Below, in pieces: positions 13,152 through 25,222 of a stretch of DNA of 64,000 nt; positions within the stretch are counted from its first letter, which is position 1, and each line of letters opens with the position of its first letter. The notes beneath the pieces are model-generated. The model was not told the origin of the DNA. It made no database searches and saw only the letters and a list, made by a program, of their open reading frames with translations. Both the position numbers and the translations under genes were made by a program. This stretch comes from Takakia lepidozioides. Taxonomy: Eukaryota > Plantae > Bryophyta. The stretch spans positions 61,008,001 to 61,072,000 of the forward strand of contig CM060734.1 in assembly GCA_030704615.1 (NCBI GenBank), read 5' to 3'.

Positions 13152-16100
13152 GGGAGAAATGCAGAGGAGGGGCACAGGGAGAGTGAGCTGCGCACAGCCG
13201 GGTTAGTCACAGAGGCAGGAAAACTGAATTTGGAATGAGGAAGAAGTGCTGGCGCACTTCTAATGTCTACATAGGAAGACAGCAGGCGCACAATTGGCAC
13301 AGAAAGAGCAGATGCAAGGAAATCTTCTATTTTGTAAGGCTTAATGCATGTGAGCACAGACTTCTTCTACTTGTGGTTGCTGAGGTCTGTTTTGCCAATC
13401 TGTGAGGAGCAGGAAGGTGTTCGTTACAACTCTTTAAATGCCAGACTTCTATTTCCGTGAGTGAACGGATCATTAGAGACATGGTCTCTCGCATCCACGC
13501 ATCACAGAGAAGGTTTGCTTTAGAGACATTGTTGAAGCTGTTCTGTCGGTATGTGTTGATAGGAGCTTCGGGCAATTTGTATGTCGCTCCTCTTCTCTCT
13601 TCAATAAACGATCAAAGGTGGAAGTCCAAACAGTATGCAGTCACTTCATCTTTGATGCTGCATCACAGAGAACTTTTTGGTTTGTCTATCTCAATGCCAG
13701 TGAGGATGCGCTGTATAAGTTCTGGTAAGAGCACTAGGACATTATAGTCGCACATATGGGATCAAAACCCCTGACCCTGGCAAGCTTGCATAAGGTTTCC
13801 CCTCTTCCATGTAGTTCTATCCTTAGATTATATTATCCAAGGGAGTAGAATCCTACATCCTCTCTTCCTCGGGTCATGAATGAAACATTGGCATAAAGTG
13901 TATCGTAGCAAGACTGGTATAGTATCACAAGAACTCGATTTCTCATGCAGGGTGGACGAAAAGTCGCATTTTAGCACGAGATGCACTTTGTCAATGGATG
14001 ACATCCAATAAAAAGGTATCTTTTAAGGTTAGGGTATAGGCTCAAGTTTAATAACTGCCATCATTTATAATAAATGATGGTAAAATTACTCTCTCTTGAA
14101 TTAAAATAAGTCACCATTATTCATGTAGTTCATCCAATTTAGATGAAAGAAACAAATGGTAAACCAAGCTTTATGTACATTAAGTTTCATCATCCTACAA
14201 TAATATCAGCCAAATTTGGATGAAAAAAGATTGGGATGAAAAACCAAATAACCGGCCTCAAAAAGGTTAAGGCCAGATGAAATCCAAAGAGTTATAGAGG
14301 GAGAGGGAGAGAGGGAGAGAGAGGGACCCACCAGCCAATCCCCTAGCATGGCAGAACCTTACGGAGTGAGTGTGGTATGCACTCACCCCGTAAGGGAGTG
14401 CATACCAGATCCCAGCTGGTAGGCAGACTCAGTTGAATTTAGTTTGCATGCTGGAGAAATTCCTTCTGTAGTGTGGACTTCATCTGAGTCATGCGCCGAA
14501 GGGGCAGAGAAATATAGCTGGTCATGGAAGTCGAGACATTCCGCATCCCACATTCTTGGAATATTCAAGACCTGGTCTTCATTGTATTCATCTGGAGTGG
14601 CACTTTACACTCTTAGTTTGTTCTGCCTCTAGTATTTGGACTAGTATGCGATGATGTAATCCCTCCTTGCTCTCTCCTGTATGTTGTGTGACAGAGTAAC
14701 AAGTAATGACCTGTATGATCTCAAAGAGTCACTTTTGACCTTACTGGCTTTGTGTCGCTCTCTGCATTTCTGTGCTTGGTTCTCTCTGCTTTCAGTTTCC
14801 CTTCCCCTTCTCTTTCGAATTTTAAGTGTTTCAGTATCAATTTGCAATTTGAGTTGCCCCAGGCAGAACTCAAGCATGATATGAAAAGATATCCAACAAT
14901 TGATAACTAGTGAGTTGCCGGGCAAAAGACTGAGGCTGGAGAGAGGAGATTAGGAAGTTTTAACAATCTATCTTCTACCCCCCTTCTTCACGATTTGGTG
15001 AAGAACCTTGGTAAACATTCCTTCAAACACAAGGCTCTCATGACTTGGACGAAGTATAATTTGAGAACCTTGAAGCAATTGGATGCCTCTAAGGTCCGTG
15101 GTTTGAAAACTTTGAAGGCAAAAATGTTTGCTACATAGATATGGCTGCAGCAAAAGGGAATTGTGAACTGGTCGCATTTCAAAGTGCTGGAATGGGGTCA
15201 CCAGCAGTGTCCCTAGTAGCATTCTGGAGCTGCTGCAGCAAGGTCCCTCCTCTCTAGTTTTGTCCCTCCTGGGTTTATTCCAACAGGAGTGGATTGGAAG
15301 GTTATGTTGTTCAGCTTACGTTGTTGGCTTTAAGGTTAGTGGAACATGCAGGCTCTCCTTCGTGGGAATATATCTGCCCCGCTGGCTCGCATCTCGCCCA
15401 GTTAGGGTGATTAATTTGGTTTCAGGGGAGACCAATCCAATCCCGCAGACCGGCTCTCCGCTGGAAGGGATCTCTCTCGACCTTAGGTGGTTCCTTCAAC
15501 TTGTACCCGTTGTTGACTTGGATTTGATCCTGGAGAATGGAGGTGGATGGACCCCAAGAGCTTCGGGTGTATTGTGAAAATGGGCTATAGGCTGTTGGTC
15601 CCTCAAGCTTCTCTATCTGGAAAATGGATCGAAAAGTGGAGTCATGTAGTGCATATCACAATTTGGGACTGTGTTGAGCTGCTAAGATCAGCGCCTTTCT
15701 TTGGAGGATTGCCAATAGGGTCCTCCCAGTGGGTACTTTTATTTAGCCTGATGGAGGCCTCTGTCAGCTATGTCACGCTCATATGCAAAGAGACCATCGA
15801 GCACTGCCTTCTCACTAAAAGAGGGCCTCTGTCCCCTTTTAACAAAAGAATAGTTTTAGTCTTAGTTTTAGTCTAAGAGCAGTTTAGTTTTGCAGGCTCT
15901 ACTTAGCTCTTTCCTGAGGCATCCTAAGGCAAATCTCATCCAGTGCTATACAAAGCGGGGGAACTAGCCAGTCACCAAGTCCAAAGCGAGAACCAAGGCC
16001 AAAGAGCAGAAAGCAAGGAACTGTGAAATGACAGAAGCAGGAAAAGAAGAAACAAGGAAAGGCCAAATAGAAGAAGCCAGGGCAGGAGACCAGCACAAAT

Positions 16101-16185
16101 AGCTAAGAGACTAGCACAACGGAGGCATAATGAGAGATGGCGCTCGGATGAGTGGCAGTATTGCTACGGTGTTGAATTTGAGGAA

Positions 16186-16320
16186 TTGCTTTGTAGAGCG
16201 CTGTAGGGTTCAGAGCTGAGTGGCACTGGCTGAACGTGCAGCAAATTGTCTTTTCAAGTGGGATAATAGGACTAGCAAAGGTGAGGAGCATGACGCAGGA
16301 GAGAGGTGTCACGAAGGGCA
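16186..16320 (+). pseudogene. Degenerate relic of a PPR E1/E2 region
   Basis: Reads CRVQS*VALAERAANCLFKWD...AKVRSMTQERGVTK, against CRIHGNVEIAERAAQFLLKWD...RKVRTKMQERGVRK at 19487-19660. Confidence 0.75.
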
Positions 16321-16353
16321 GACTAAAGGCCAGGCTCTGTAACTAGTTCGGCA

Positions 16354-19300
16354 ATGCTGGGCCCCGAATCCTTGCGATTGATGGCCATGGCGCCTCAGTC
16401 TGCAGGGATAGCAAAGAAAGGTAAAACTTTGCACATTTTAAATTAGGACTGCTAAGACTCCCTCTAAGCACGAAGGGTCACTTAAGAGACTGAAGCAATG
16501 AGAAGCTTGGCAGAGTTCTTACGGTCTTGCAGTTCTTTCACACAGGTCAAGCAAAGAGCAAAGAAGGACTCTGGCAGGACTTCTTCTCAGATACTTCCAA
16601 GTGGTGGGACAACAGGTTTGGGAAGGTGAGTCTATACAAGTGGGTCAGTGACTGAAGCTGATGCGATGTTGTTTTGTATCACAAGTCCCTTAAATTCTTG
16701 ACAATCTAGCTCCTCCTCGCCAATGAGCATGACAAATGGTCCTTACTGTCGCTGTCAGGACGTCATTTTGATTAGATTGTTCCCTGTTATTTGAAAGCCG
16801 CCTGGAGCTCTTGTGCTTGAAGCGCCTGGTTAGTCCGAAGGTGTGGTTGAAGCTTTGGCTGCTCCGTTGCCGCTGGTGGTTCCCACAGAAAAGTCCAAGG
16901 TCGCCAGACTTCAGACATAAGCGCACAAACGAGGTCCTTTGGATTCAGGATCTGTCAAACCCTCCTTGGGTTAAAGCAGGGTTGGCCACAATTTTACAAG
17001 GCCGAGCACAAATTGATGATGCAGTCAAAATTGAGTCTTCTCGCACTTGTCCGGATGTGATGACACTATGTAAGGCAGGACAACTGAAAGAGGCCCTGGA
17101 CATCTTGAACAAACAGTGCATTTCAGCAGACTCCAATACATACGTCTGTCTCTTGCGGGAGTGCATCAAGATTCAGAAGCTTGAAATGGGAAAGCAGGTG
17201 CATGCCCACATTATCCAAAGTGGATTCAGGCAAAACAACTTTCTACTTAAGAACCTTATCAACATGTATGCTAAGTGCGGAAGTGTGGTCGAAGCACGAC
17301 TAGTGTTTGACAAAATGGTTCATAGAGATGTGTTTACATGGACTATAATGGTGGCAGGATATGCGAAGCGTGGATGTGGTAGGGAGGCTTTTGAGATCTA
17401 TCAGCAAATGATACGGGAAGGGGTGACACCAGACAACGTCACATTCATTTGCATTCTCAAGGCGTGTGCGAGCCTACAAGCTCTGGAAAAGGGCAAAGAG
17501 GTCCATGTAGACATCATGAAAGCTGGAATTACACCAGATATCATTTTACAGACTGCCCTTGTGGACATGTATGCCAAATGTGGGAGTGTGAAGGATGCAC
17601 GCCAAGTGTTTGACAATATGGCTCAACGAGATGTGGTCTCATGGAATGCAATGATCGCAGGGTATGCTCAGCATGGTTGTGGTAAGGAGGCTGTCAAAGT
17701 GTATGAGCAAATGCTTCGGGAAGGGGTGAAACCAAACAAGGTCACACTAATTTGTGCGCTCAATGCATGTGCGAGTTTTGCAGCCCTGGAAAAGGGCACA
17801 CAGGTCCATGCTTACATCATCGAGGCTGGAATTGCACCAGATGTCATTCTGGAGACTTCCCTTGTTGACATGTATGCCAAATGTGGGAACATGAAGGATG
17901 CGAATCAAGTATTTGACAATATTGTTCAAAGAGATGTGGTATCGTGGAATGCAATGATTGCAGGATATGCTCGGCAGGGGTATGGTAGGGAGGCTTTGAA
18001 GATGTATGACTTAATGATCCGCAAAGGGGTGAGGCCCTGCAAGGTCACATTCAGTTGCATCCTCAATGCTTGTGGCAGCCTGGGAGCCCTGGAAATGGGC
18101 CAAGAGGTCCATGGTGACATCATTAAAGCTGGAATTGCACCAGATATTGTTCTAGAGACTGCCCTTGTGGACATGTATGCCAAGTGTGGGGACATGAAGG
18201 ATGCACTTCAAATTTTTCACAAAATGGCTGAACGAGATGTAGTCTCATGGAGTACCATGATCTCAGGGTATGCTGAGCATGGTGGCGGTATAGAGGCTTT
18301 GGAGATGTATGAACAAATGAAAGGAGCACGTGTGACGCTGGACCAAGTCACTTTCATTTGCGTTCTCAATGCATGCACAAGCCTCTCAGCCCTGGAAAAG
18401 GGCAAAGAGGTCCATGCGGACATTATTAGAGCTGGAATTGCACCGGATATCATTCTCGAGACTGCCCTTGTGGACATGTATGCGAGGTGTGGGAAGATGG
18501 AGGATGCACGTCAAGTGTTTGACAATATGGCACAACGAGATGTGGTCTCATGGAATGCGATGATCACAGGATATGCTCAGCATAGGCGTGGTAGGGAGGC
18601 TTTCGAAATGTATGAGCTCATGCAAGGGGAGGGCGTGTCTCCCTGCAATGTCACATTCATTTGTGTTCTTAATGCTTGTGCCAGCCTTGCAGCCCTCCAA
18701 AAAGGCAAAGAGGTACATGCTGACATCATGAAGGCTGGAATTACACATGATGTCATTCTGGAGACTGCTCTTGTGGACATGTATGCCAAGTGTGGGAGCA
18801 TAAAGAGTGCACGTCAAGTGTTTGACAATATGGCTTCACAAGACGTGGTCTCATGGAATGCCATGATCACAGGATATGCCCAACATGGGTGTGGTCGGGC
18901 TGCGTTTGAGATGTACGAGGAAATGATACGGGATGGGATGATGCCCAGCAAGGTCACATTCATTTGTGTTCTCAATGCTTGCTCCAACCTGGCAGCCCTG
19001 GAAAAGGGCAAAAAGGTCCATGATGACTTCATCAGAGCTGGCTTTCCAGCAGACGTCACCCTGCATAATACCCTTGTTAACATGTATGCTAAATGTGGGA
19101 GTTTGAAGGATGCACATCAATTGTTCAGCAAAATGGATGATCGAGATCTGGTCTCATGGAGCTCAATGATTGCAGGATATTCACAGCATGGGTTTGCTCG
19201 GGAGGCCCTGGATCTTTTTGAACAAATGCAACAGGAAGGTTTGAAGCCAAATGGTATTACCTTTATTTGTGTTCTCTCTGCATGTAGCCATGTGGGCCTA

Positions 19301-20071
19301 GTGGATGAAGGCCGACACTACTTCGATTCTATGAGCCACAATCACGGCCTTATGCCTGCAGTGGAGCATTTTGGGTGCATGGTTGACCTTCTTGGACGTG
19401 CAGGGCACTTGGATGAGGCAGAGTTCCTCATCAACAAGATGCCAATCGACCCAGATGCTGCAGTGTGGGGGGCCTTGATTGGTGCCTGCAGAATTCATGG
19501 CAATGTGGAGATAGCAGAACGTGCAGCACAATTCCTTCTCAAGTGGGATCCACAGCATGCTGCAACTTATGTGCTGCTATCAAACATCTATGCAGCTGCT
19601 GGCAGGTGGGATGATACGAGAAAGGTGAGAACAAAGATGCAGGAGAGAGGTGTCAGAAAGGAGCCAGGGTGCAGCTGCATTGAGGTGAACGGCCAGGTGC
19701 ATTCATTTGTTGTAGAAGACAAGTTGCATCCACAAATTGAGGAAATCCATGCTGAATTGAAGAGATTGTCTGGGCGGATGACAGAGGCCGGATATATTCC
19801 TGACACTCGCTTTGTATTGCATGATGTGGAGGAGGAGCAAAAGGAGTTTTCTCTTTGCCTCCACAGTGAGAGGCTGGCCATTGCTTTTGGGCTGATAAGC
19901 ATGCCCCCTGGGACACCTATCCGCATCATCAAGAACCTCCGTGTTTGTGGTGACTGCCACACCGCCACCAAGTTCATCTCGAAGATTGTTGGGCGAGCAG
20001 TTGTTGTACGAGATGCCAATCGCTTTCACCACTTCCAAGACGGGGTTTGTTCTTGTGGGGATTACTGGTGA
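16354..20071 (+). CDS. PLS-class PPR protein with E1/E2/DYW deaminase domain and an N-terminal OSB-type PDF motif
   Basis: Predicted exons 16354-16420, 16546-16625 and 16889-20071, all GT-AG and phase-compatible. About 23 P/L/S motifs, then PG box (PGCSCIE), HSE, CGDCH and terminal SCGDYW. The PPR-DYW part is certain; the two upstream exons are inferred from splice signals and motif completion. Confidence 0.92.
17330..19145 (+). repeat. Six coding tandem repeats of 303 nt (P-L-S triplets)
   Basis: gt(g/t)(g/a)acatgtatgc recurs at 17561, 17864, 18167, 18470, 18773 and 19076. Confidence 0.92.
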
Positions 20072-20097
20072 AACAAGCAACATGCATGAAAGAAAAT

Positions 20098-22883
20098 CTG
20101 GCAGTTATGTACCTCAAGGCATGTTACACTCCTTTTGTACTATCAGTTGCTGCGTGGTTCTGTTATTTCTCAATCAGAGACAGCATGTGCCTTGTTGTTT
20201 GACTATCTCATGTGATTTGTCAGCACAGGAGAGTGTCTCTCCTGAGATTTTTTTCCTTCCGGACATAGTAGATCTGACTCATTTGTCGAGTAAAGGATGT
20301 TCATAATGGAGTGTTCTGGGCTGGAGAATAGGCTTTCGCTTGGAACACTGTTCATGTGTTCAGTACCCACAAGGGGAAGAGGCCGGCATCATCTCTCAGT
20401 TTCATGTGCTGCTTAGTGCCCAAAACTGCAATAACTGGACATCTTTCCGGTTTCCAGGCAGGCTGGAGTTGTTGTCATAGACCACCTGTTATACCACTGA
20501 GTTTTAGATTCATTCTTGTCTTGAGAAGAATATCGTTGTAAGTGCATTACACATGGTATGGAGGTTGGGTAGCTGACAGTATTAGTGCCAGGAGTTCTGT
20601 TGCACTCCTAAACAACTCTCCCTCTGTAGGAACCATGGTTATGGGATGCAGGCCTTTTGTATATGCTGCAGCTCCTTGTTGTCTCTGAAATGTTCCTTCC
20701 ACTCAGCCTGTGACTCTACTGAGTGCTATGTGCTTGCAAACAGACCAACTGTGAGGTGGTGGCAGCAAGGCTTGCCATTCCAGACACACTTTGTTCTTGA
20801 ATATGTGAGCCCTCAGTTCATCCTTCTACGACTTGTGGCTCGAAGTCTTATATTGTGGGACAGGTAATTTTCAGCCGTTATAGGAAACAAATCAGGCTAA
20901 GTATGTGGGTTACTGAGTGGCCACAGTACTCAAGGCTGCCAATAAGACTAAGGTTGTGTAGGTGAGATTGAATTGGAGTGCGTTGTCTGTCGTAGTGTTC
21001 AGGCAACAGAGGAGTGGGATACAAAATCAAGTATCAGATATTGTGAGGGAGGCAATTGCATATTCCTCTCAAGGAACAGGGGCTCCTGAGATGCCATTGA
21101 ATGCGGATGCAGACATGGAGGCTCTTGCTCAAGCACACGTCAACATCCTTGCTGGTGCTTGCCTGTCAATTGGTATTTTACATGGATGCACCCAAATTAG
21201 GTTTCTTCACTTCTGCACCTATCCTTCTATTAGATGCTTCAAACAGGGAGAGTCATATCCATTTTGTGTTTTGTAATCAAAGTAATGTGTCATTGTCAAC
21301 TGTTAGTCTGTGAAGCTCACATTATGTTCTAACAAATCTGGTGGCTGAAATAGTACCCAGTGGTTTCCTGCATGTAAGGATATAGGACCTTGACAAGTCA
21401 GTGTTAGGGCTGCCGTCTTACATGTCAACCAACCCTCCTCTCAATTGTCATGGTACTTATATGGAGGACTTCGATTGCTGGGACAGCGAGTGCTGAAGCG
21501 CAACAGTTATTACACCATTATGCGCTCTATTGTTTGAGTGAGGTATGGAAGTATCTATTGTTCACAACTACCCGTTTCTAGAAGCCAATGTAAGGTCCAA
21601 TTTGAGAGGGTTGCAGCAGCCTGATGCAGTAAACAATATCTGTGGGTTGTTTGTGTTGGTAAGCTCACCTTGATGTGCAAGGGGTATAGCATCTGGAGAA
21701 TGTCGTTTGGAGGTTCCTCCTGACTTTCTTAATTTAAATGGATATTCTCGGTTCACATTACACTAAAAATGCAATGCTGCCCCTTAAGGTCAACGAAAGT
21801 GTGATGTCTTCCTAGCATCAATTTTGATTGCATGACCTTCACCCCAAAAAAGGGCCCTGTAGGATAAAACAAACTCAAGCAGGGTTAATCTTCATGCCAG
21901 TTGTAAATCCCTTCTGAATGGTATGTGAATGTGCTTGGACGCTGGGTATGTATGGCACATGACAGAAGCGTGGAGCAGCCCCTCTAGGTGGGACCAGCAG
22001 CCCTGGTGGACGTCAGGCGTATGTGGACAGGGGCACCCTTCAGACATATCTAAATGTTGCTGTGCTGTCATTGAGTGTGGGCAGTAACTAGTTCTTTTCG
22101 ACTTGGGTCACACCGGGAATTGAATTTGTCAAGAGAAGCACGGGGTCTTTTATAACGAAATTCAGAGCTCCGAAGGGTGGTGATCAGTTTCTGAAAAGAC
22201 CATAATTCTGTGTCGTCTTGGCTGTCTTCCCGAGCATATATACCGTAGACAAATTTAAGCAAAGTCCTAACGATTCGCTAATCAAGCTCCATGCTCGTTC
22301 CTCAACAGGTTATGGCGGGCACTGGACATCTGGAGACATTCCGGCTTTTGCGATATCTTCGGAGTAAAATGATTCCAATGGAGCCATAACATTTGGCAAC
22401 CACATGGCTGTAAGCACTGGTGGTTCCTTCAAATCCTTCCGAATATTATCTGTTTTTGAGTGCATCACATCCTATCTGCAGTGACGGTCTGTGATGTCCT
22501 TTTACCTGGATACATCCTTGATGAGCAAGGAATCAAGGATCAATTTACCGCTGCTATGTCACTTGATCTTGTAGACCTGCCAGAGTGGGTTTTGGACGTA
22601 TGCCTGAGCTTGAGGGATTTGTAGTGCTCTTTCCAACAGACAATTGTAGGGCGTAGAAGGCAAAGGTTTGTTTATGGCGGCGAAGAAAGTCTTTTTTGCT
22701 CTGATCTCCTGCGTAACATGAAAGCAGGGTGTGATCTTGTTGTCTATGAGGAAGCTCTCTTAAGTGTTGTACAATGGATGTCCCACTGCTCCCAATGATC
22801 ATGGGTGTCATCTTCAGGGAGAGGATTTGTCTCTTGGGTTGTAGGTTTGAAGTCCTTGCAGTTGAAATGCTCCAGGGAACCTT
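20098..22883 (+). pseudogene. Genomic (intron-containing) partial duplicate of APC1
   Basis: Colinear with ~44155-47072 across exons and introns. It has a 2-bp deletion near 20787, a 1-bp deletion near 22365, and lacks most of the 46828-46968 exon. Confidence 0.93.
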
Positions 22884-23548
22884 GACTGAAAAGCGACATA
22901 TTGCGTCAAATGTTACAGATCCTGGGAGAGCCAATAAAAGGTGTGTGCAAGGAGCAGCTCTAGGTGGCTGGGAACCTCCCAAGTCCCTTACCAATACACT
23001 CAGACAACCAGTTACTCCCCAGTACCATTTTCAGATCCTCCTCCCACACCATGCTCATGAAATACGTGCGGAACAGTGCTCCCCAAAAATCTCCCTGACG
23101 GATTCTGTGCGTAAAATCTAAATGATGTAACCACTTTGCTACACAGTTTCAATGCCAGTGATGTAGCTTTGTTGCAATCTGCAATTGCAAGACTGCCATA
23201 TTCACAAGTTTCTGTACCTCTATCAAAGTGTAGGGGAGTTGGCTGAGTGTGCAGGCAACCAACCACAAAGGAACTGGGCCTAAAGAACCTTGCAGTGTAA
23301 TGCTTCTTAAATGCCTAAGTGCAGTTATGCTGTCCTTGGAAGAACACACTGAAATGGGGGAAACACATGTACGTGGAATGGTGACATAGCATGAAAGTTT
23401 GTCTCCTCCAATTGTCCATTCACAGTCCAGGAAACCAAGCAAGATAATACAGAGGAAAACTGAACTTGCTCCAATTTAGTCTTAACCTTCCGTTCATCCA
23501 GTTGGATAGGTATCTAGTGTTCCGTGACAGGGTCACAGTTGTAAGGAA

Positions 23549-23647
23549 AGAAATGAAATGAAATGGTGCTTTATAAGCGGAAAGCTCATAGAGCTTATGG
23601 GACAAAATGGAAGAAAACATGAGAGAGGAAACAAAACCAGAGCCAAA
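23549..23647. repeat. ~100-bp copy of sequence also found in the aquaporin intron (~28404-28512)
   Basis: gaaatgaaatgaaatggtgctttataa...aaagctcatagagcttatg...acaaaaccagagccaaa occurs at both places in the same orientation. Confidence 0.88.
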
Positions 23648-24673
23648 GATGCAGAAAGGGACTTCCGTAAATCCATATCAGACTGATGGGGAGTACCTGA
23701 CATTTGGTAAAATAGAGTCCCAGTGAATGTTCCTAAGATGGAAAGCTGCACATCCGCTTGTTGGATCAGATTCATAACAGAAAACCTTGTACCCAAGTGA
23801 AAGCAGAGTTAGGAACAAAAACTAACCTGGCAGACCCTCACAAAGCCTCGTTACAGCAAGGCAGAACTAGACCCCAGCCATGCTAAGTAAGCAGCCAGGG
23901 TTCTTCCAAAGATGCAGATTGCAAAGATAGGTAGTCAGTGCTACTCATCTTAGAAGGAATGGCACCAATGTTCTAAACCTGTAGCTTAATGACCTCTGAA
24001 GAGAAGTAGTTTATAAATTCCATTTTGAAGCTGATAGATCACTGCATCTGCAACAGACGGGCATCGATGTAGGTCCTCCTACGAATTAATAAGGTGGCTT
24101 GCCGTTTGAGCCCTGCCTTGGTTGAGGCCACCAGTCTTGGAGATACTCGTGGTCAAAAACCTTTGCAGCTGATTCATTTGCCTGCACCAGATTAATGTCC
24201 ATAGACTTCATAGCAGAGTACAATGTCTTCTCACGTCAAGAATGACACCAAAGAATTGCTTGAAAACAAATACTTCAAAAAATGCTTTGCTAAATTCATT
24301 GGAACTTACAGGATTCCAACTCTCAGGAAGGCTTCACTAGAAACCTGCGAGGCACCTACCATCTGTAGAGTAATTTGATGTACAGAGGAATTTGCAATCG
24401 ATATGTCCACGAGGATGTCATTTTAGTAGTTGGCAGCAAAGAAGAGTGGCCTTCTGTTTAGGGTTATCATATCTTCAGATGGACCCGGACCACTAACGGT
24501 AATTCAACGTTTGAATTTCCTTCCTTCGCTCAAGCGCTCCCACAAAATCTGAGGCAAAATATAGTGGGTTATCTTGACAACCCACCATTCCCCGGGCCAC
24601 CAGCCAAGGCCGTTGGCTTATCCGCGGGGTCTGCAAAGCAAAGAGAGTGTGTGAGAGAGAGAGAGAGAGAGAG

Positions 24674-25222
24674 ATGGCTATGGCGAATTCAATGTGCGCT
24701 CTGTCTCTCTCACGTCCATCTTCGTTGCTTCAGCTCAGCTCCCGCTCTGGTGAGGTCGCAGGAACAGGTCTTCAGAAGGTCTCTTCTTCTACTGGCCGAT
24801 TTCCCACGCATGCTGCCGGCCCGCTTTTGGTTCAACCTCTGGCCAGTAGGTTCTCTCTCTCTCTCTCTCTCTCGCTGGAAATTTCAATGAAGGGGGAAAT
24901 TCGAATAGATTAGAACCGGGTGATATGGAAGGGGGTCGAGAGAGGTGTTAGTATGACCGGAGGCTGACCATGAGGGTTCATACTTGCAGGAAGGATTTGT
25001 GTTCTGACAGGGAAGAAAGCTAACAATGGGTATAAGGTCTCCTTCTCCAACCACCGAACAAAGAAGCTGCAGGGTGCCAACCTGCAATACAAGCGCTTAT
25101 GGTGGGAGGAAGGCAAGCGCTTTGTCAAGCTTCGGGTGTGCACACAGGCGTTAAAAACCATAGACAAGAAAGGCCTTGAAGTCATGGCCAAAGAAGCAGG
25201 CATCAACCTAGCTGACTACTAA
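24674..25222 (+). CDS. RPL28: Plastid 50S ribosomal protein L28
   Basis: Exon 24674-24845 encodes a Ser-rich transit peptide. Exon 24990-25222 reads [63 protein letters not shown]. Confidence 0.93.

Noticed and set aside
14940-15860. Possible 3' relic of another (L1-like) LINE
   Set aside because: Only vague compositional resemblance, with no diagnostic motif I can support.
16255-16285. KWDNRTSK as a second PDF motif
   Set aside because: Better explained as the deletion junction of the PPR E-domain relic.
16811-16888. ORF-track N-terminus MCLKRLVSPKVWLKLW of the PPR protein
   Set aside because: It has a TTG start and lies within the predicted intron ending cccacag at 16888.
23650-24420. 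Exon-like minus-strand segments upstream of RPL28
   Set aside because: Splice-like signals are present, but there is no coherent or recognisable reading frame.
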